A DNA stretch of 64,000 nucleotides, taken from the NCBI GenBank assembly GCA_963667175.2, contig CAXXXF010000003.1, positions 64,001-128,000 on the forward strand, read 5' to 3'. Of this stretch, positions 39,439-50,566 are shown in pieces. The number at the start of each line of letters is the position of its first letter. The first letter of the stretch is position 1. The notes below the pieces were generated by a model. That model was not told where the DNA came from and ran no database searches. It was given only the letters and a program-made list of their open reading frames with translations. The position numbers were made by a program, and so were the translations under genes. This DNA is from Candidatus Latescibacterota bacterium (GTDB lineage Bacteria > Latescibacterota > UBA2968 > GCA-2709665).

Positions 39439-40314
39439 CTAAATATCCGAAACGCTCGTGTATCCGGGGCGGATCAGCCCCCTCTGGTGGTCCCGGCAGT
39501 GCGCCAGAAAGCTGCGGTCGCTCAACAGAAAGCCGGGATCTTCGATAATACATCGGGTGCCCTCGTCAATCAGCTCCCGTGCGTTCATGACGGTCACTTT
39601 CGCATCGCCGATCTTCCCGTACTGAACCAGACCCATCCTTTGCATCTCGGGCTCCATCAGGAAGTAGTCCCTGGGCACGTTCGGCGTATGCACCTTCTGG
39701 ACGTGGACGTGGATCCGGCCATTCTCGTCCGCCACCTCCAGGCGGGAGGGTTCGTCCGCCAGCGCATAGGGCGCATGGCCGTATTCTTCGCAGGCGTGCA
39801 TCAGCGTGCAGCTGGTCCATCCCGTGCCGAGGAACATGTAATGCGCTTCCAGTTCCCCCAGCTTTCCCCAGGCCGTATCCCGCCCGCATGGCGTAAAGCA
39901 GCGAACCGCGCCCTCGGCGAGGTACTCCGCCTGGCGCCCGATCGCGCACATGGGATTGCTGGAGTCCAGGCACCGCACGGCGCCCGGATGACGTCGAAAC
40001 ACCTCGGTGATCCTGCCCATCCTGGACGGGGAGCGGCGTACGTCGAAGGCCGGGGACCCGGCGGTACGGGCGTATTCCCAGTGCCACCCGTTGAAATGAC
40101 ACGTATGCACCGCAATGGTCCCCCGGGGTCCGACGGCCTCCAGAAACGCCTCGATTACCGTTTCGGCGCCGCCTTCCACGTATCCCATGCTGCTGAGGGA
40201 ATTGTGAAAGAACACCGCATCGCCCGGATTCACCCCCAGATTCCGAAGGCCTTCGACGACGTCACGCCCCCGAACGACCGTTTTCCCTTCCGGTGACCAG
40301 GGTTTCTTTGCCAT
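39439..40314 (-). CDS. AAC(3)-family (aminoglycoside 3-N-acetyltransferase-like) protein
   Basis: LGVNPGD.VFFHNSLSSMG.V.GGAETVI, MGRITEVFR, AIG, LG, TLMHACEE. Confidence 0.82.
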   Translation of the reverse strand: MAKKPWSPEGKTVVRGRDVVEGLRNLGVNPGDAVFFHNSLSSMGYVEGGAETVIEAFLEAVGPRGTIAVHTCHFNGWHWEYARTAGSPAFDVRRSPSRMGRITEVFRRHPGAVRCLDSSNPMCAIGRQAEYLAEGAVRCFTPCGRDTAWGKLGELEAHYMFLGTGWTSCTLMHACEEYGHAPYALADEPSRLEVADENGRIHVHVQKVHTPNVPRDYFLMEPEMQRMGLVQYGKIGDAKVTVMNARELIDEGTRCIIEDPGFLLSDRSFLAHCRDHQRGLIRPGYTSVSDI

Positions 40315-40389
40315 CAATGGAGTCTCCTTGCACAAGAACGACGTCCGTTACGATAACAATCGACGGATGCGGTCGCGTCCCTCCACCGT

Positions 40390-40980
40390 TCATCCGCGGT
40401 ATGCGGCGAGAGACGGATGGTCGAGGACGGAGGCGAGCCACGTCCAGCCCTCGGCGCACCTGCCATAGGTTTCGATGGGGACGAATCCGAAGTCCAGGTA
40501 CAGGTTGATCGCCCTCGCGGTGTTGGTCTGCGTGGTCAGGTAAGCGCGGTCGTGGAAGTCCGCGATCCGGCGTAGGGACGCCGCCAGGAGCGGTTTGGCG
40601 AGACCGCGGCCCTGATACTCGGGACGGATGGCGACCCAGTGGACGCGGCCGTAGTCCCTGCCGTTGAACGCGTCGTTGTACCAGGCCGTGCACGTACCGA
40701 TTGCCTGACCGTCCGGGTCCTCCAGGTACAGACACCGGGCCTCCATTTGGTCGCGGCCCGGTCCGAACTCGCTCTCGAAGTACTCCAGCGCCTTATCCAC
40801 GGAATCGAACGACGCCACGGCGATTTCGATTTCCGCCCAGAGGCGGTCTTCGCCGGCCCTGTAGTAGCGCAGCCGGTATCCTTCGGGAAGCGGAAATGAC
40901 GGGAGGTCCGTCAGGTCATCCCTGACCATGACCACCGGAACGTGCTTCTGCTTCCTTTCCCAGTGCCTGTCGATTCTCAC
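40390..40980 (-). CDS. GNAT family N-acetyltransferase
   Basis: VHWVAIRPEYQGRGLAK, AINLYLDFGF. Confidence 0.88.
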   Translation of the reverse strand: MRIDRHWERKQKHVPVVMVRDDLTDLPSFPLPEGYRLRYYRAGEDRLWAEIEIAVASFDSVDKALEYFESEFGPGRDQMEARCLYLEDPDGQAIGTCTAWYNDAFNGRDYGRVHWVAIRPEYQGRGLAKPLLAASLRRIADFHDRAYLTTQTNTARAINLYLDFGFVPIETYGRCAEGWTWLASVLDHPSLAAYRG

Positions 40981-43136
40981 TGCGCCTGCCTCCTTTCCAC
41001 GTTCGTCGCGACACGCCCGCTACGGGTGTGGATGCGCTGGATAACGGCAGTCCCGGCTTCCGTTAGGGCGTGGGACCGGCCCTCGCCAAGCACCGTACTC
41101 CATCGTTCTCCATCGTGTTGTTCGAAGGCGAGTTTAATCCGGCCTCCGGACGGCGCGCCCAGTACGAATACCGTCTCCGGTCGCTGCGGAAGCACCGGTC
41201 CCCGGACAGGCAGGGTGACGTCCCCGCCTGCCGGCGTCAGAACCATCCGCGGCAACCCTCCCGGGTCTGTAAACCAGAAGGTGATCATCGAATCGCCGGC
41301 GCACTGTTGCACGACGCAACCGTCACCGCCAGGCAGAATCGCCCACAGGACGTCGAGTGACGATTCGCCATCCATCACGAATTGGTACCTGAGGTCCGCC
41401 TGGTCCATCGCGTCGAGGTCTTCCGGCGGAACGTCGTAGCCGGACAGGTACGTCCTCCAATAGGGGTCGACCGGCTGCGGTACCCGCTCGAATGCCGCTG
41501 CCAGGGAAGACGCCTGGCAGAGCCGGCAGGTCTGCCCCGACGGCGTCCGCAGCAGGAGTGAACCTTCCGGGCCGATTTCGGCGTCAACCTCATGGTCCGT
41601 GTGAAAATGGGCTTCCACGTGGCGCGGGGCAGGGCCGGAGAACCGGACGCGATCCAGAATGAACGCGGCGTGGCAATCCCGCGCGTGCAATACGGTCCGT
41701 TCGAACGAGGTCAGCCCCGGCACGTCCGGATACGCGCCGGCCGCCTCGCACCGCGCGGCCGAATAAACGTCGTCCTCACCGCAATACACCCCCGCCATCC
41801 CGCCGCCCGAGTCGGGTCCGTCCGACTGTCCTGCGCCGTCGAACGTGAGGGTATTCTTCAGCGCTGTGTCGAATCGAAAGTAGCCCGACGGCCTGAAGAA
41901 ATAATGCCCGTTGGCAAAATACGTAAAGCTCGCGCGGTCTTCATAGTGTGCGTGTTTATTCTGCGTAATGGTCTGTATCGGCAGCCACGTATCGCGCCGG
42001 GCCTGCGCCAGCGGACCCCCGGGGACGGTACACTCGAAGCTCAGGACGGACGCGTTCCCGTCGAACCCCGTGCGCGAGAAAAACTGACCCAATGACGGGA
42101 ACGCGGCGGCTGCCGGCAAACTGTCCGGAGGTTCCGCCTCAACGCCCGGATTGTACCAGAGAAAGCTCCAGCCGTAGTCGTGGTAGTCTTTCAGAAACGT
42201 GCGCGACGTCTCCTGCTCCGCCTGCCACTGCGCCAGCCCGTCATTGAACTCGGTCGCGAGTTTGCGCAGCTGAAATGCCACGACCCCGCCGGTCTCCCCG
42301 TGGTACCGGCCGCTGGGCGTCGAATCGTCCAGAAACACGTACGATCCGTCGGGCAGAAGGTGGTACGCACGCCAGCGGGCCAGCGACTTCAGCCATTCGA
42401 TATCGAACGCGTCTTCACCGAACACCCGCTTCCGGCCCTCCAGGTAGAAAAGCATCGGCCCCAGCGCGTAGTTCAGCGGGGCCACGCCCTCGTTCCATGC
42501 GCCGTCCTCACCCTGGATGGAGACGATCCGTTCGACCTCTCTTTCAACCGTGGATAACCACGCTTCCGCGTCTGTCGCGTACGGCATCAGCGCCAGGCAG
42601 CCGACGCCCGCGCCGAAGACCGGCGCCCAGCAGTCGTGGTAGTGGTATCGCCGGCTCCAACCCGCCTCGCCAGTATCCATGTGCCGGACCATACGCGCGG
42701 TTTCGACGCGCAACACCGCAACCAGACGGCGTACGAGCGCATCCGGCAGAACACACCCGAACAGGTCCAGGCCGTATGCCAGCGCCATCACGTGAAAGGC
42801 GACCAGGTACGAACCTTTCACCTGATCGTCGTCCGCGGCGCCGACCTCGACCCATCGCGCCAGCCAGCGTTCCGCCAGCCCGCGCCACCGTCCGTCGCCG
42901 GTGACCTGCCAGGCGATGCCGCAGTTCACCACCAGCGAAAAACAGATCTCGAGAATATCGCTGTATTCCGGTTCCTCCAGGTCCCAGAGCGAACCGGGCG
43001 GTTCGTCGGCCAACCGGCGGTCCAGGTCGTCGATCATCGCGCGAAAGAACCGGGCGTGCGACGTCGCGCTGCGGTTGCGCAGGTCGTTCAGTTCGCAGTC
43101 GGACAGAATCAACCGCGGCCCTGCGGGATCGGCCAT
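40977..43136 (-). CDS. Heparinase II/III-like (alpha/alpha-barrel plus beta-sandwich) protein
   Basis: DGAWNEG, FPSLG.F.SRTGF, HAH.D..SF, NTLTFDG.GQ, F.R.V....F.ILDR. Confidence 0.65.
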   Translation of the reverse strand: MADPAGPRLILSDCELNDLRNRSATSHARFFRAMIDDLDRRLADEPPGSLWDLEEPEYSDILEICFSLVVNCGIAWQVTGDGRWRGLAERWLARWVEVGAADDDQVKGSYLVAFHVMALAYGLDLFGCVLPDALVRRLVAVLRVETARMVRHMDTGEAGWSRRYHYHDCWAPVFGAGVGCLALMPYATDAEAWLSTVEREVERIVSIQGEDGAWNEGVAPLNYALGPMLFYLEGRKRVFGEDAFDIEWLKSLARWRAYHLLPDGSYVFLDDSTPSGRYHGETGGVVAFQLRKLATEFNDGLAQWQAEQETSRTFLKDYHDYGWSFLWYNPGVEAEPPDSLPAAAAFPSLGQFFSRTGFDGNASVLSFECTVPGGPLAQARRDTWLPIQTITQNKHAHYEDRASFTYFANGHYFFRPSGYFRFDTALKNTLTFDGAGQSDGPDSGGGMAGVYCGEDDVYSAARCEAAGAYPDVPGLTSFERTVLHARDCHAAFILDRVRFSGPAPRHVEAHFHTDHEVDAEIGPEGSLLLRTPSGQTCRLCQASSLAAAFERVPQPVDPYWRTYLSGYDVPPEDLDAMDQADLRYQFVMDGESSLDVLWAILPGGDGCVVQQCAGDSMITFWFTDPGGLPRMVLTPAGGDVTLPVRGPVLPQRPETVFVLGAPSGGRIKLAFEQHDGERWSTVLGEGRSHALTEAGTAVIQRIHTRSGRVATNVERRQAQ

Positions 43137-43660
43137 CGGGGAACGCTCTCGTTTATCCGGCTACGAAGTCAAATGACCCGAACTCCGACATATCCGGGAT
43201 TGCAGGGATGTTCCGGCAAGGCGCATGTGCGAAGTTTCGCCGTCCGAACAAGGATCTTGCGTTCGAATCCCAAAGAGCGCCGGCCTCGCAAGCCCCCTCA
43301 ACCCAAGTCTAAACCATCCCGGGATTGATCGCAAGTCCCATCGGCCGGGGGGCGCAGGGCCGTGACGATGTGTCCGCCCGATTTGACCGGCGACCGACTC
43401 TTCCGCACCTGCAGTCGAACAGACGAGAGATTCTTCACTGCGCTCAGTAATGACATGCCTTGCTATAGCCAACGGTGAAATGTGTCCATCACGTAAGGCG
43501 GCACGCGGTGCGGTCCATCCCTCCCGCGCCGGGGAGCGGTCACCTTCCACCGGCCGCTGCAAAGCGGTCCGATTTCGTTCTTTCTTCTCTCTGATGGGCC
43601 CCCCTTGCTCCCGGTCAGACTCATTCGTTTCTGAATGGAAAAGAACGCCTCTTTTTTCAC

Positions 43661-43690
43661 TTGACAAAATACACCGACCGGTTTTATCAT
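43661..43690 (+). promoter_or_regulatory. Candidate sigma70 promoter for the envelope cluster
   Basis: TTGACA-N18-TATCAT in an AT-rich patch of the divergent intergenic region. Confidence 0.5.
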
Positions 43691-43988
43691 GGGACATAAT
43701 ATAAGTTAGTAGAGTATCCGTTTCATTAAATAGGGTACCGAAACGGCATCGCAAGGGCTTTCTCTGTGGGAGGGGCACCGTCTTGCCGTATCCGTATTGA
43801 TCGGTCCACCCTTTGCATCCGTGGAAGCCCGTTTTCGTTGTCGCCGAACGGGCAATTCTGGAAGAAACACAGGTTGGATTGCAGGGGAGTCGGTGAGAGG
43901 TTGAGCCAAAGTTCCGAAAACGGACCCGGTCCCGCGGGAAATCAGGCGGCATCCGCGCGGCTTTGTCCATCTTTAAGGAGGGCAGTCT

Positions 43989-44735
43989 ATGGGCACATGG
44001 AGGGTTACGGCTGTTGCCGGGCTTCTGGTGGCTCTTCTGGCGCCGGATTCCGGCGCACGGGAGTTCGACCGGATCGGCGGGCGGATGCTGTTGGGCTACA
44101 ACCTGCCCGTGATGGGGCTTCGGACGAACTGGTACACACAGGCCGTACGTTGGGGCGGCAGCATTGTTTACAACCGGAATATCAACAACGCGATCGAGTT
44201 CGAGTATCACCGGCTCGAATACAACGACGGCAAGATCGAGAATCAGACGTTCACCTGGAACGAAGACTCGAAAGATTATTCGAGTCCCGAGTCGGACGCC
44301 AGTATGCGGATCAACAGCGTGTTGTGCAACATGGTTTTCCGGCTCGGTGACAAGTCGCGCCTGTTCTATAACCAGGCGACGTCCCCCTACGTGGTCGCCG
44401 GCGGCGGGTTTCACAGCTACAGCAATCGTGTGAGCGGCCTGATTTATCCGGGGCAGAAGGGCATCGCCGTCGAGGGTTCCGAGCAGAACATGCTGGACCC
44501 AAGCGTGGTCCTCGAACCCGTGGTGGAGAGCCGGTGGGCGCTTGGGGCCCATTTCGGGTTCGGCGTCGAGCGGTTTATGTCCAACAACTTTTCACTGGAT
44601 TTCCGGGTTCAGCACAATTTCCTGGTGGGGACGCTCGGTCCGCGGGAAGCCTGGGGCATCAAGGGCGTGATGCCGTTGCTGCAGATGCTGGATCTGGAAG
44701 TCGCCGTCAAATTCTACGAATCGGGAAAGAAGTAG
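43989..44735 (+). CDS. Outer membrane beta-barrel protein
   Basis: AAGGAGG RBS, signal peptide, amphipathic strands (SPYVVAGGG, LGAHFGFGVE, FSLDFRVQH, LEVAVKFY). Confidence 0.75.
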   Translation: MGTWRVTAVAGLLVALLAPDSGAREFDRIGGRMLLGYNLPVMGLRTNWYTQAVRWGGSIVYNRNINNAIEFEYHRLEYNDGKIENQTFTWNEDSKDYSSPESDASMRINSVLCNMVFRLGDKSRLFYNQATSPYVVAGGGFHSYSNRVSGLIYPGQKGIAVEGSEQNMLDPSVVLEPVVESRWALGAHFGFGVERFMSNNFSLDFRVQHNFLVGTLGPREAWGIKGVMPLLQMLDLEVAVKFYESGKK

Positions 44736-44831
44736 CGTGCCTCCCGTGCCCGGGAAAGGAGGAGGGGTGATCCGAATCGGGCTCGAGAGGCCGAAGACAA
44801 CCCGTCAGACAATACAAACGGAGGTTCGGTA

Positions 44832-47800
44832 ATGAAGAAGTGTGTTCTGTTTCTCGGATTTCTTTCCCTCTGCACGGCACTGGCGTTGAGTGGCAGCGCA
44901 TGGGCCGGCACGACCGGAAAGATCGTTGGAAAGGTCCTGGATCAGAATGGCGAAGCGTTGCCTGGCGCCAACGTGGTCATCGAGGGATTGAATCTCGGTT
45001 CCACCGCCGACGTGGAAGGGTTCTACGTGATTCTGCGCGCCGATCCGGGGCTGTATACGCTCAAGGCCTCGCTGATCGGATATCAGACAGAGTCACAGAC
45101 CGACGTGCGGGTGCAGGCCGACGTGACCACGGAGGTCGATTTCACGCTCCAGGAGGCGACGCTGGAACTGGGTGAGATGGTGGTCAAGGCGGAGCGTCCT
45201 CCGGTCGAAGTCGACAAGACCTTCAGCAAGTACATCGTGGGCGCCGATGAGATCGAGCAACTTCCCATCGTGCGTACCACCAGCGAAATGATCACGCTGC
45301 AGCCGGGCGTGCACCTCGACGGTTCCGACCGCATGCGGGGAAGCAACCGGCCCGGTGAATGGCGAAGCCGCACGGGCGGAGACGTGGCCTATTACGTGGA
45401 CGGCGTGAAAATCGTGAACAGCGACGGCGCCGGGTCCCACAACTGGAAGGCCATCAACCGGTCGACCGTCCAGGAAATCTCCGTGGTTACGGGCGGGATG
45501 AACGCCGAGTACGGCAACGCCCAGGCCGGCGTCGTAAGCATTATCACGAAAGACGGGAGCCAGAACTTCCACGGATGGGCGGAGTACCGGCGGACGCCGC
45601 CCGGGCAGAAGCACTGGGGCGCGAACATCTACGAAAGCCCCATGCACCTCGACAAGATGAAATGGGGCGAGGGCGAGTGGCAGAACGAGCGGGACCCGGA
45701 AACGGGTCGACTCGTTCACCAGCGCGCGGACTACGATGAAATTACCGGCCACGAAGTGGAAGGGAATGTCTCGGGGCCGCTTTCCAAGAGCGCTTCGTTC
45801 ATCGTTTCGGGCAAGACGGCCAGGAAAGCGCCAATCTATCCCTCTGGGACGGAGAGGGGCTACTATGACGACATCGGGCGGTTTGTTCCCTCCTTGAACA
45901 ATTACCAGGGATCATACAGCGTCACCGTCCGCGCATCCGAAAACGTCAAGATGAAGATCGGCGGTCTGTTCGAGCACAACAAGAAGTTTATCGGAACGGA
46001 CCGGGATTCCTGGCGGAACGAACGGTCCGCGGGGACCTCCAGCGGCGTCATCCGTGGTCTGTACGACAGCGGAAAGAACATCTTCCTGCCGGAGGACTGG
46101 AGCGCGGCGGGCAAGATGAGCACGAACCACAACATGCAATACCTGGCCGTCACCCATTCTCTCTCGCCCAGGACGTTCTACGACCTCCGGATTTCGCGCT
46201 ATTCCACCGTCGACGACACCAGCGAGATCGCGGCGAGAACGTCGGACGTGCGAACGGATGCGGACGGATGGTTCGCCGTGGACCGGGAGGTCCGCCATTA
46301 CCAAGTTGCGGACCGGAAGCGGTACCAGGTGAAGCTGGATCTGGCCAGCCAGATCACGAAGGGACATTTCGTGAAGGCCGGTTTCGAATTCATCAAGTAC
46401 AGCATGTTTCTTACCCGCTACACCGGAGAGAGCGCACAGGCCAGACGGCTGGAGTTCGCAGGCGCGCAGGGCGTGATCGGAGACCCTGTCAAGCCCCAGC
46501 ACCTTGCCATCTACGCTCAGGACAAGATGGAGTTCGAAGGTATGGTCATCAACGCCGGCCTTCGCCTGGACCTGTTCGATCCGGTCTCCAAATTCCCGGC
46601 TTCGGGCGCTTACGCGTTCTCGCCCATGTACAACTCGCCGCTGCGGTTCCAGAATGCGCCCCATCGCGAACCGGTCGTGTTCAAGAACCTGAGCCCGCGG
46701 GTGGGGGTGTCGCATCCGATCACGGCGCGGTCGTCCATGCACTATTTCGCGGGTCTGTTCCTGGCCTATCCCGACATCTATTACCTGTTCAACGGGGACT
46801 GGCGGACGTCGGGCCCCGACCAGGACTGGAACGGGAACGGCGCCATCGACCCGGGTGAGCGCTACAACGCCATGCGGCCGTCCTACCCCATTCGCAGCGG
46901 ACAGGGCACCACCGAAATCCGACCCGAGAAGACCGTGTCGATGGAGGTGGGGGCCGACTGGAACTTCGTGCAGGACTACACCGGCGCGATCGCGTTGTAT
47001 TACAAGAGCGCGAAGGACCAGTACCATTACCATTCGGACGTCCGCTTCTTCGCGCCGCACAAACCGGGCTGGGTGCATCCCTACGCGCGTATCCTGCACA
47101 ACAACGGGTTCGAAGAACAGCGGGGTCTGGAATTCTCCCTGCGGAAGCCGCTCAGCCACAACTTCGCCATCAACGTGGCCTACAACATGACCTGGGCGCA
47201 GGCCGGATGGGGCAACTTCGACGCCTGGTTCAACTTCCTGTATCCTGATTCCATGTACATTGCCAGCGGGCGGTACTGGTACGAATACAGGGTGGAGAAC
47301 GGCGTTGAGGTGCCGGTGCCCCTCACGCAGGAACAGATTCGGACGATCGGCGCCACCGCCAACAGGTATATCCGGAGCATCGCCCGGCGGGACGGCAATC
47401 CTGGAGGCCGGGGATACGAGCAGACCCGGATGACGGCCCGGGAGTACGGGCTCATCGGTCTGGACGACTTCGAACTGGACCACATCCACGTGTGGGCCAG
47501 GGGATATCAGACCGGCCTGAACGCCGACGGCGGCAACATCCGAAACCAGGGCAGCGTGCAGTTCCTCTTCCTCACGCCCGGAGACTACGGACCCGATTTC
47601 AAGGTGTTCGGGAGCAAGTTCCTTGCCAACTGGCGGGTCAACGTTCTGTGGCGTATGCAGAATACGGGTTCGTTCTGGTACACGCCGCCGAATTCCGGCC
47701 GCGAACGGCGGCTGCGTCCGATCCGCACCTGGACGGACTTCGCCATCGAGAAGCGTTTTCCGTTCGGTCAGGGGCGCGGCGACGTCAGCCTCTTCCTGGA

Positions 47801-47981
47801 GGTGCGGAACCTGTTCAACCAGAAGGACGACAGTTCCTACAACACCACCGACTGGACCAACTGGGGCCTGCTTACGGCCCGTCCGGACAACTCTCACTTC
47901 CTCCTGTACGGGGATACGGCCGACCGGAGTTTCTACAACCATCCCCGGCGCGCGGAAATGGGTCTGAGAATGCAGTTCTGA
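44832..47981 (+). CDS. TonB-dependent receptor with N-terminal carboxypeptidase-regulatory-like domain
   Basis: GKIVGKV.D..GEALPGANV, LQPGV, YYVDG, TGGMNAEYGNAQAGVV.I.TK plug, C-terminal PRR..MGLRMQF. Confidence 0.92.
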   Translation: MKKCVLFLGFLSLCTALALSGSAWAGTTGKIVGKVLDQNGEALPGANVVIEGLNLGSTADVEGFYVILRADPGLYTLKASLIGYQTESQTDVRVQADVTTEVDFTLQEATLELGEMVVKAERPPVEVDKTFSKYIVGADEIEQLPIVRTTSEMITLQPGVHLDGSDRMRGSNRPGEWRSRTGGDVAYYVDGVKIVNSDGAGSHNWKAINRSTVQEISVVTGGMNAEYGNAQAGVVSIITKDGSQNFHGWAEYRRTPPGQKHWGANIYESPMHLDKMKWGEGEWQNERDPETGRLVHQRADYDEITGHEVEGNVSGPLSKSASFIVSGKTARKAPIYPSGTERGYYDDIGRFVPSLNNYQGSYSVTVRASENVKMKIGGLFEHNKKFIGTDRDSWRNERSAGTSSGVIRGLYDSGKNIFLPEDWSAAGKMSTNHNMQYLAVTHSLSPRTFYDLRISRYSTVDDTSEIAARTSDVRTDADGWFAVDREVRHYQVADRKRYQVKLDLASQITKGHFVKAGFEFIKYSMFLTRYTGESAQARRLEFAGAQGVIGDPVKPQHLAIYAQDKMEFEGMVINAGLRLDLFDPVSKFPASGAYAFSPMYNSPLRFQNAPHREPVVFKNLSPRVGVSHPITARSSMHYFAGLFLAYPDIYYLFNGDWRTSGPDQDWNGNGAIDPGERYNAMRPSYPIRSGQGTTEIRPEKTVSMEVGADWNFVQDYTGAIALYYKSAKDQYHYHSDVRFFAPHKPGWVHPYARILHNNGFEEQRGLEFSLRKPLSHNFAINVAYNMTWAQAGWGNFDAWFNFLYPDSMYIASGRYWYEYRVENGVEVPVPLTQEQIRTIGATANRYIRSIARRDGNPGGRGYEQTRMTAREYGLIGLDDFELDHIHVWARGYQTGLNADGGNIRNQGSVQFLFLTPGDYGPDFKVFGSKFLANWRVNVLWRMQNTGSFWYTPPNSGRERRLRPIRTWTDFAIEKRFPFGQGRGDVSLFLEVRNLFNQKDDSSYNTTDWTNWGLLTARPDNSHFLLYGDTADRSFYNHPRRAEMGLRMQF

Positions 47982-48094
47982 TCCTTTCCGGCAACCCACA
48001 CGTGCATGAATATACGCGGGGGCCCCGGGGTTGCCCGGGCTCCCGTTGCTATGCGAATCTTCATTGAGGTTCTATCAACGCTAAGGAGGATACG

Positions 48095-50528
48095 ATGCGT
48101 TCGAACCGTTTGAACACCGTCCTGAAAAGGCGCGGTGGGTGGGCGTTCGCAGCAGTCCTGGCGATCTGCTGGTCCGGAGAGGTCCGGGGCCAGGCGAATC
48201 ACCCTGGGTCCGCCGGCAGGGGCGCCCTGGAACGGGGAATGCTGTATACGTCCGTGACCAATCTGGGTACGCAGGGCGGCTCCATCGGCGCGGCGCTCTC
48301 GCGGTCGTCCAGCATGGTCTACCCCGCCACGGTGGGCGGGGACATCATAACGGGCCAGGGTTGGGCGAGCCAGTTGCCCTTCTTCCGCGTAGACTGCAAC
48401 AGCGAAGGGCGAATCGAGGCCACGTCGCACGGGGAGGGCATCGGCCTCGCTGTGCGGCTGCCGTCCAGTTTCCAGGGCTCCAGGGGCTACGACAATTTCT
48501 CCAAAAACGGGTTCTACGTGGTATTGACCGGTCCGCGGTCGGACATGCTGGACGAGATCATACCCATGGTTGGAGACCCTGCCATGGATGAGGACCTGCA
48601 GTACTTGGGCGGGGAAATCAGGGCGCAGCCCTCTTCCGCCGAGGATCCGGGCGCGGAGTGGCGTAAAGGCGCGCCGTGGTACTACGCGCCCACGTGGAGC
48701 GAGAACCTGGCGCAGATTCTGGAGGACGCGCCGCTGAACAGGGCGCCCGTCAGGATCAGCAACTGGGCATGGGGGGAATACGCAACGCCGGGGCCGCCCG
48801 CCGCGCCGTCTTCCCGTTCCGACGAATGGCCCGAAGAGATCATCGTGACCAAGTGGACCACGCTGGCGGGAGTCACCTTTACACGGCGAACGATGGCCTG
48901 GAGCTACCCGGCGTGGGACGACTTCATCATTACGGAGATCGAGATCGAAAACACGGGTGACAGCGACGGCGACGGAGAAAGGGACCTGCCCGCGGTCAGG
49001 CTGGAGGACGTCTACGTTCCCATCATCGGCGCCTGGATGATCTCGGACTCGGGGCTGTCCCACTACAACCGGTCGGACAGCTGGCACTGGTACAACGTGG
49101 GCGGTCTCGACGACTGGATCGTGTATACGGAGAACGCCGGCTATTCGGGTCCCGCAAAGGGTCTGAAGATGATTGTGGACTGGGACGGCGACAGTCCGGA
49201 GTTCCCCTGGGACGATACCGGCGATCCCGTCAACAAGCTGATTATTTCGCCCTCTTGCGATACGGGCCGCAAGGACGGCGAATTCACCTCGTATCAGTAT
49301 ATGGGCTTCGGTCCGCTGGCGTACGAGGACGGCGGCGACTGGGGATTCAATACCCGGGACGCCGGCAAGTACGTGCAGCCGCAGGGCGACCAGCCTCACG
49401 CCGTGCGCTTCTGGCGGATCGAAAGCACCACCGTGTCCGAAGATCCCCGGCCCGGCGCGCACGACCGCGAGACCATGTTCAATATGATCGCGGACGCCGG
49501 CTATCAGTCGAATCCCGGCGAGATCGGCGTGCATTACAGCGCCCAGACTTTCGGCCCGTATTCGCTTGCCCCTGGCGATAAGGCCAAGCTGGTGGTGGCC
49601 TGGGTGGGCGGATCGGGCGCCGGAGAGAGCGACCTCTACACCTGGACGCGGTCGCACCTGTACGACTTCGACGGCCTGAAGAAGGGCGAGGAGTGGATGG
49701 TCGAGTTCTTCAATCGCGCGAAGTGGGCCTACGATAACGAATACGACGTCCCCGATTCGCCGCCGGACGTGTACGTGGCGGTTTCGAACAGCCCGGACGC
49801 GCAGAACCTGCTCACCTGGAACTCGGCCGACGGCGCGATGAACCCGGATTACGTGGGCGCCGAAGCGCAGGACGTGGCGGGTTACCGCGTCTACCGGTCC
49901 GAATGGAACCCGGACGGACCCTGGACGAGGATCGGCGAGGTTCCGGCCGGGACGCATACGTATACGGACGTCGAGTCGGTCGCCGGCTTCAACTACTGGT
50001 ATTCGGTAAGGCCGTTCGCCAGGGGCCACGAAGACTGGATGGGACGCGTGGGCACCATGGCCACCCTTCCCGCCCTGGTGCAGGCGCAGGTAAAGGCCGG
50101 CCTGGAAGGCGGCCAATGGGCCAGGTCCCAGCGCAAGCCGCCGTTTTTCAGCCCGAAGCAGCCGGCCGTTGGCGAGACCGAGGCGTTGGGCAGAGAGGTC
50201 TTCGTGGTGCCCAATCCGTTCCGGGTTGGCGACGCCAACCTGCAATACCCGGGCAAACCGCAGATCCGGTTCGTGAACGTGCCGAGCAAGGCCTGGATCT
50301 ACGTGTTCAACAGCGCGGGCGACATGGTCGGAAAGATCCTGCACGACGACCGCACGGACGCGCCCGACGATCCCAACGTCTGGCTGGGCGAAGCGCAGTG
50401 GGACCAGCTGGCGATGTCGCTGGGCACGGGGGTCGATATCGGCGGGCGTCTACTTCTTCGTGGTGGAATCTCTCGTCTCCGAAAGCATGGGGAAAAAGCG
50501 GATAGGGAAATTCATGGTCATCCGATAG
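48095..50528 (+). CDS. Secreted protein with FN3-like domain and T9SS type A-like C-terminal domain (one apparent frameshift)
   Basis: Signal peptide; GYRVYRS...YTD..S.AGF.YWYSV; VVPNPF...IRFVNVP..A.I.VFNSAGD.V; removing one G from 50428-50432 gives SISAGVYFFVVES...GKFMVIR* (TAG 50526-50528). Confidence 0.8.
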
Positions 50529-50566
50529 CCGGGCGTGCGACAATTCCGGGAAGGAGCGATAAGCTT

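Noticed and set aside
1112-40980. Aminoglycoside resistance island (APH-, ANT-, AAC-like genes)
   Set aside because: Only superfamily-level motifs; none is recognisable as a known resistance allele
43137-43988. Replication origin at the gene-strand switch
   Set aside because: No clustered DnaA boxes and no dnaA, dnaN or parAB nearby; divergent transcription explains the switch
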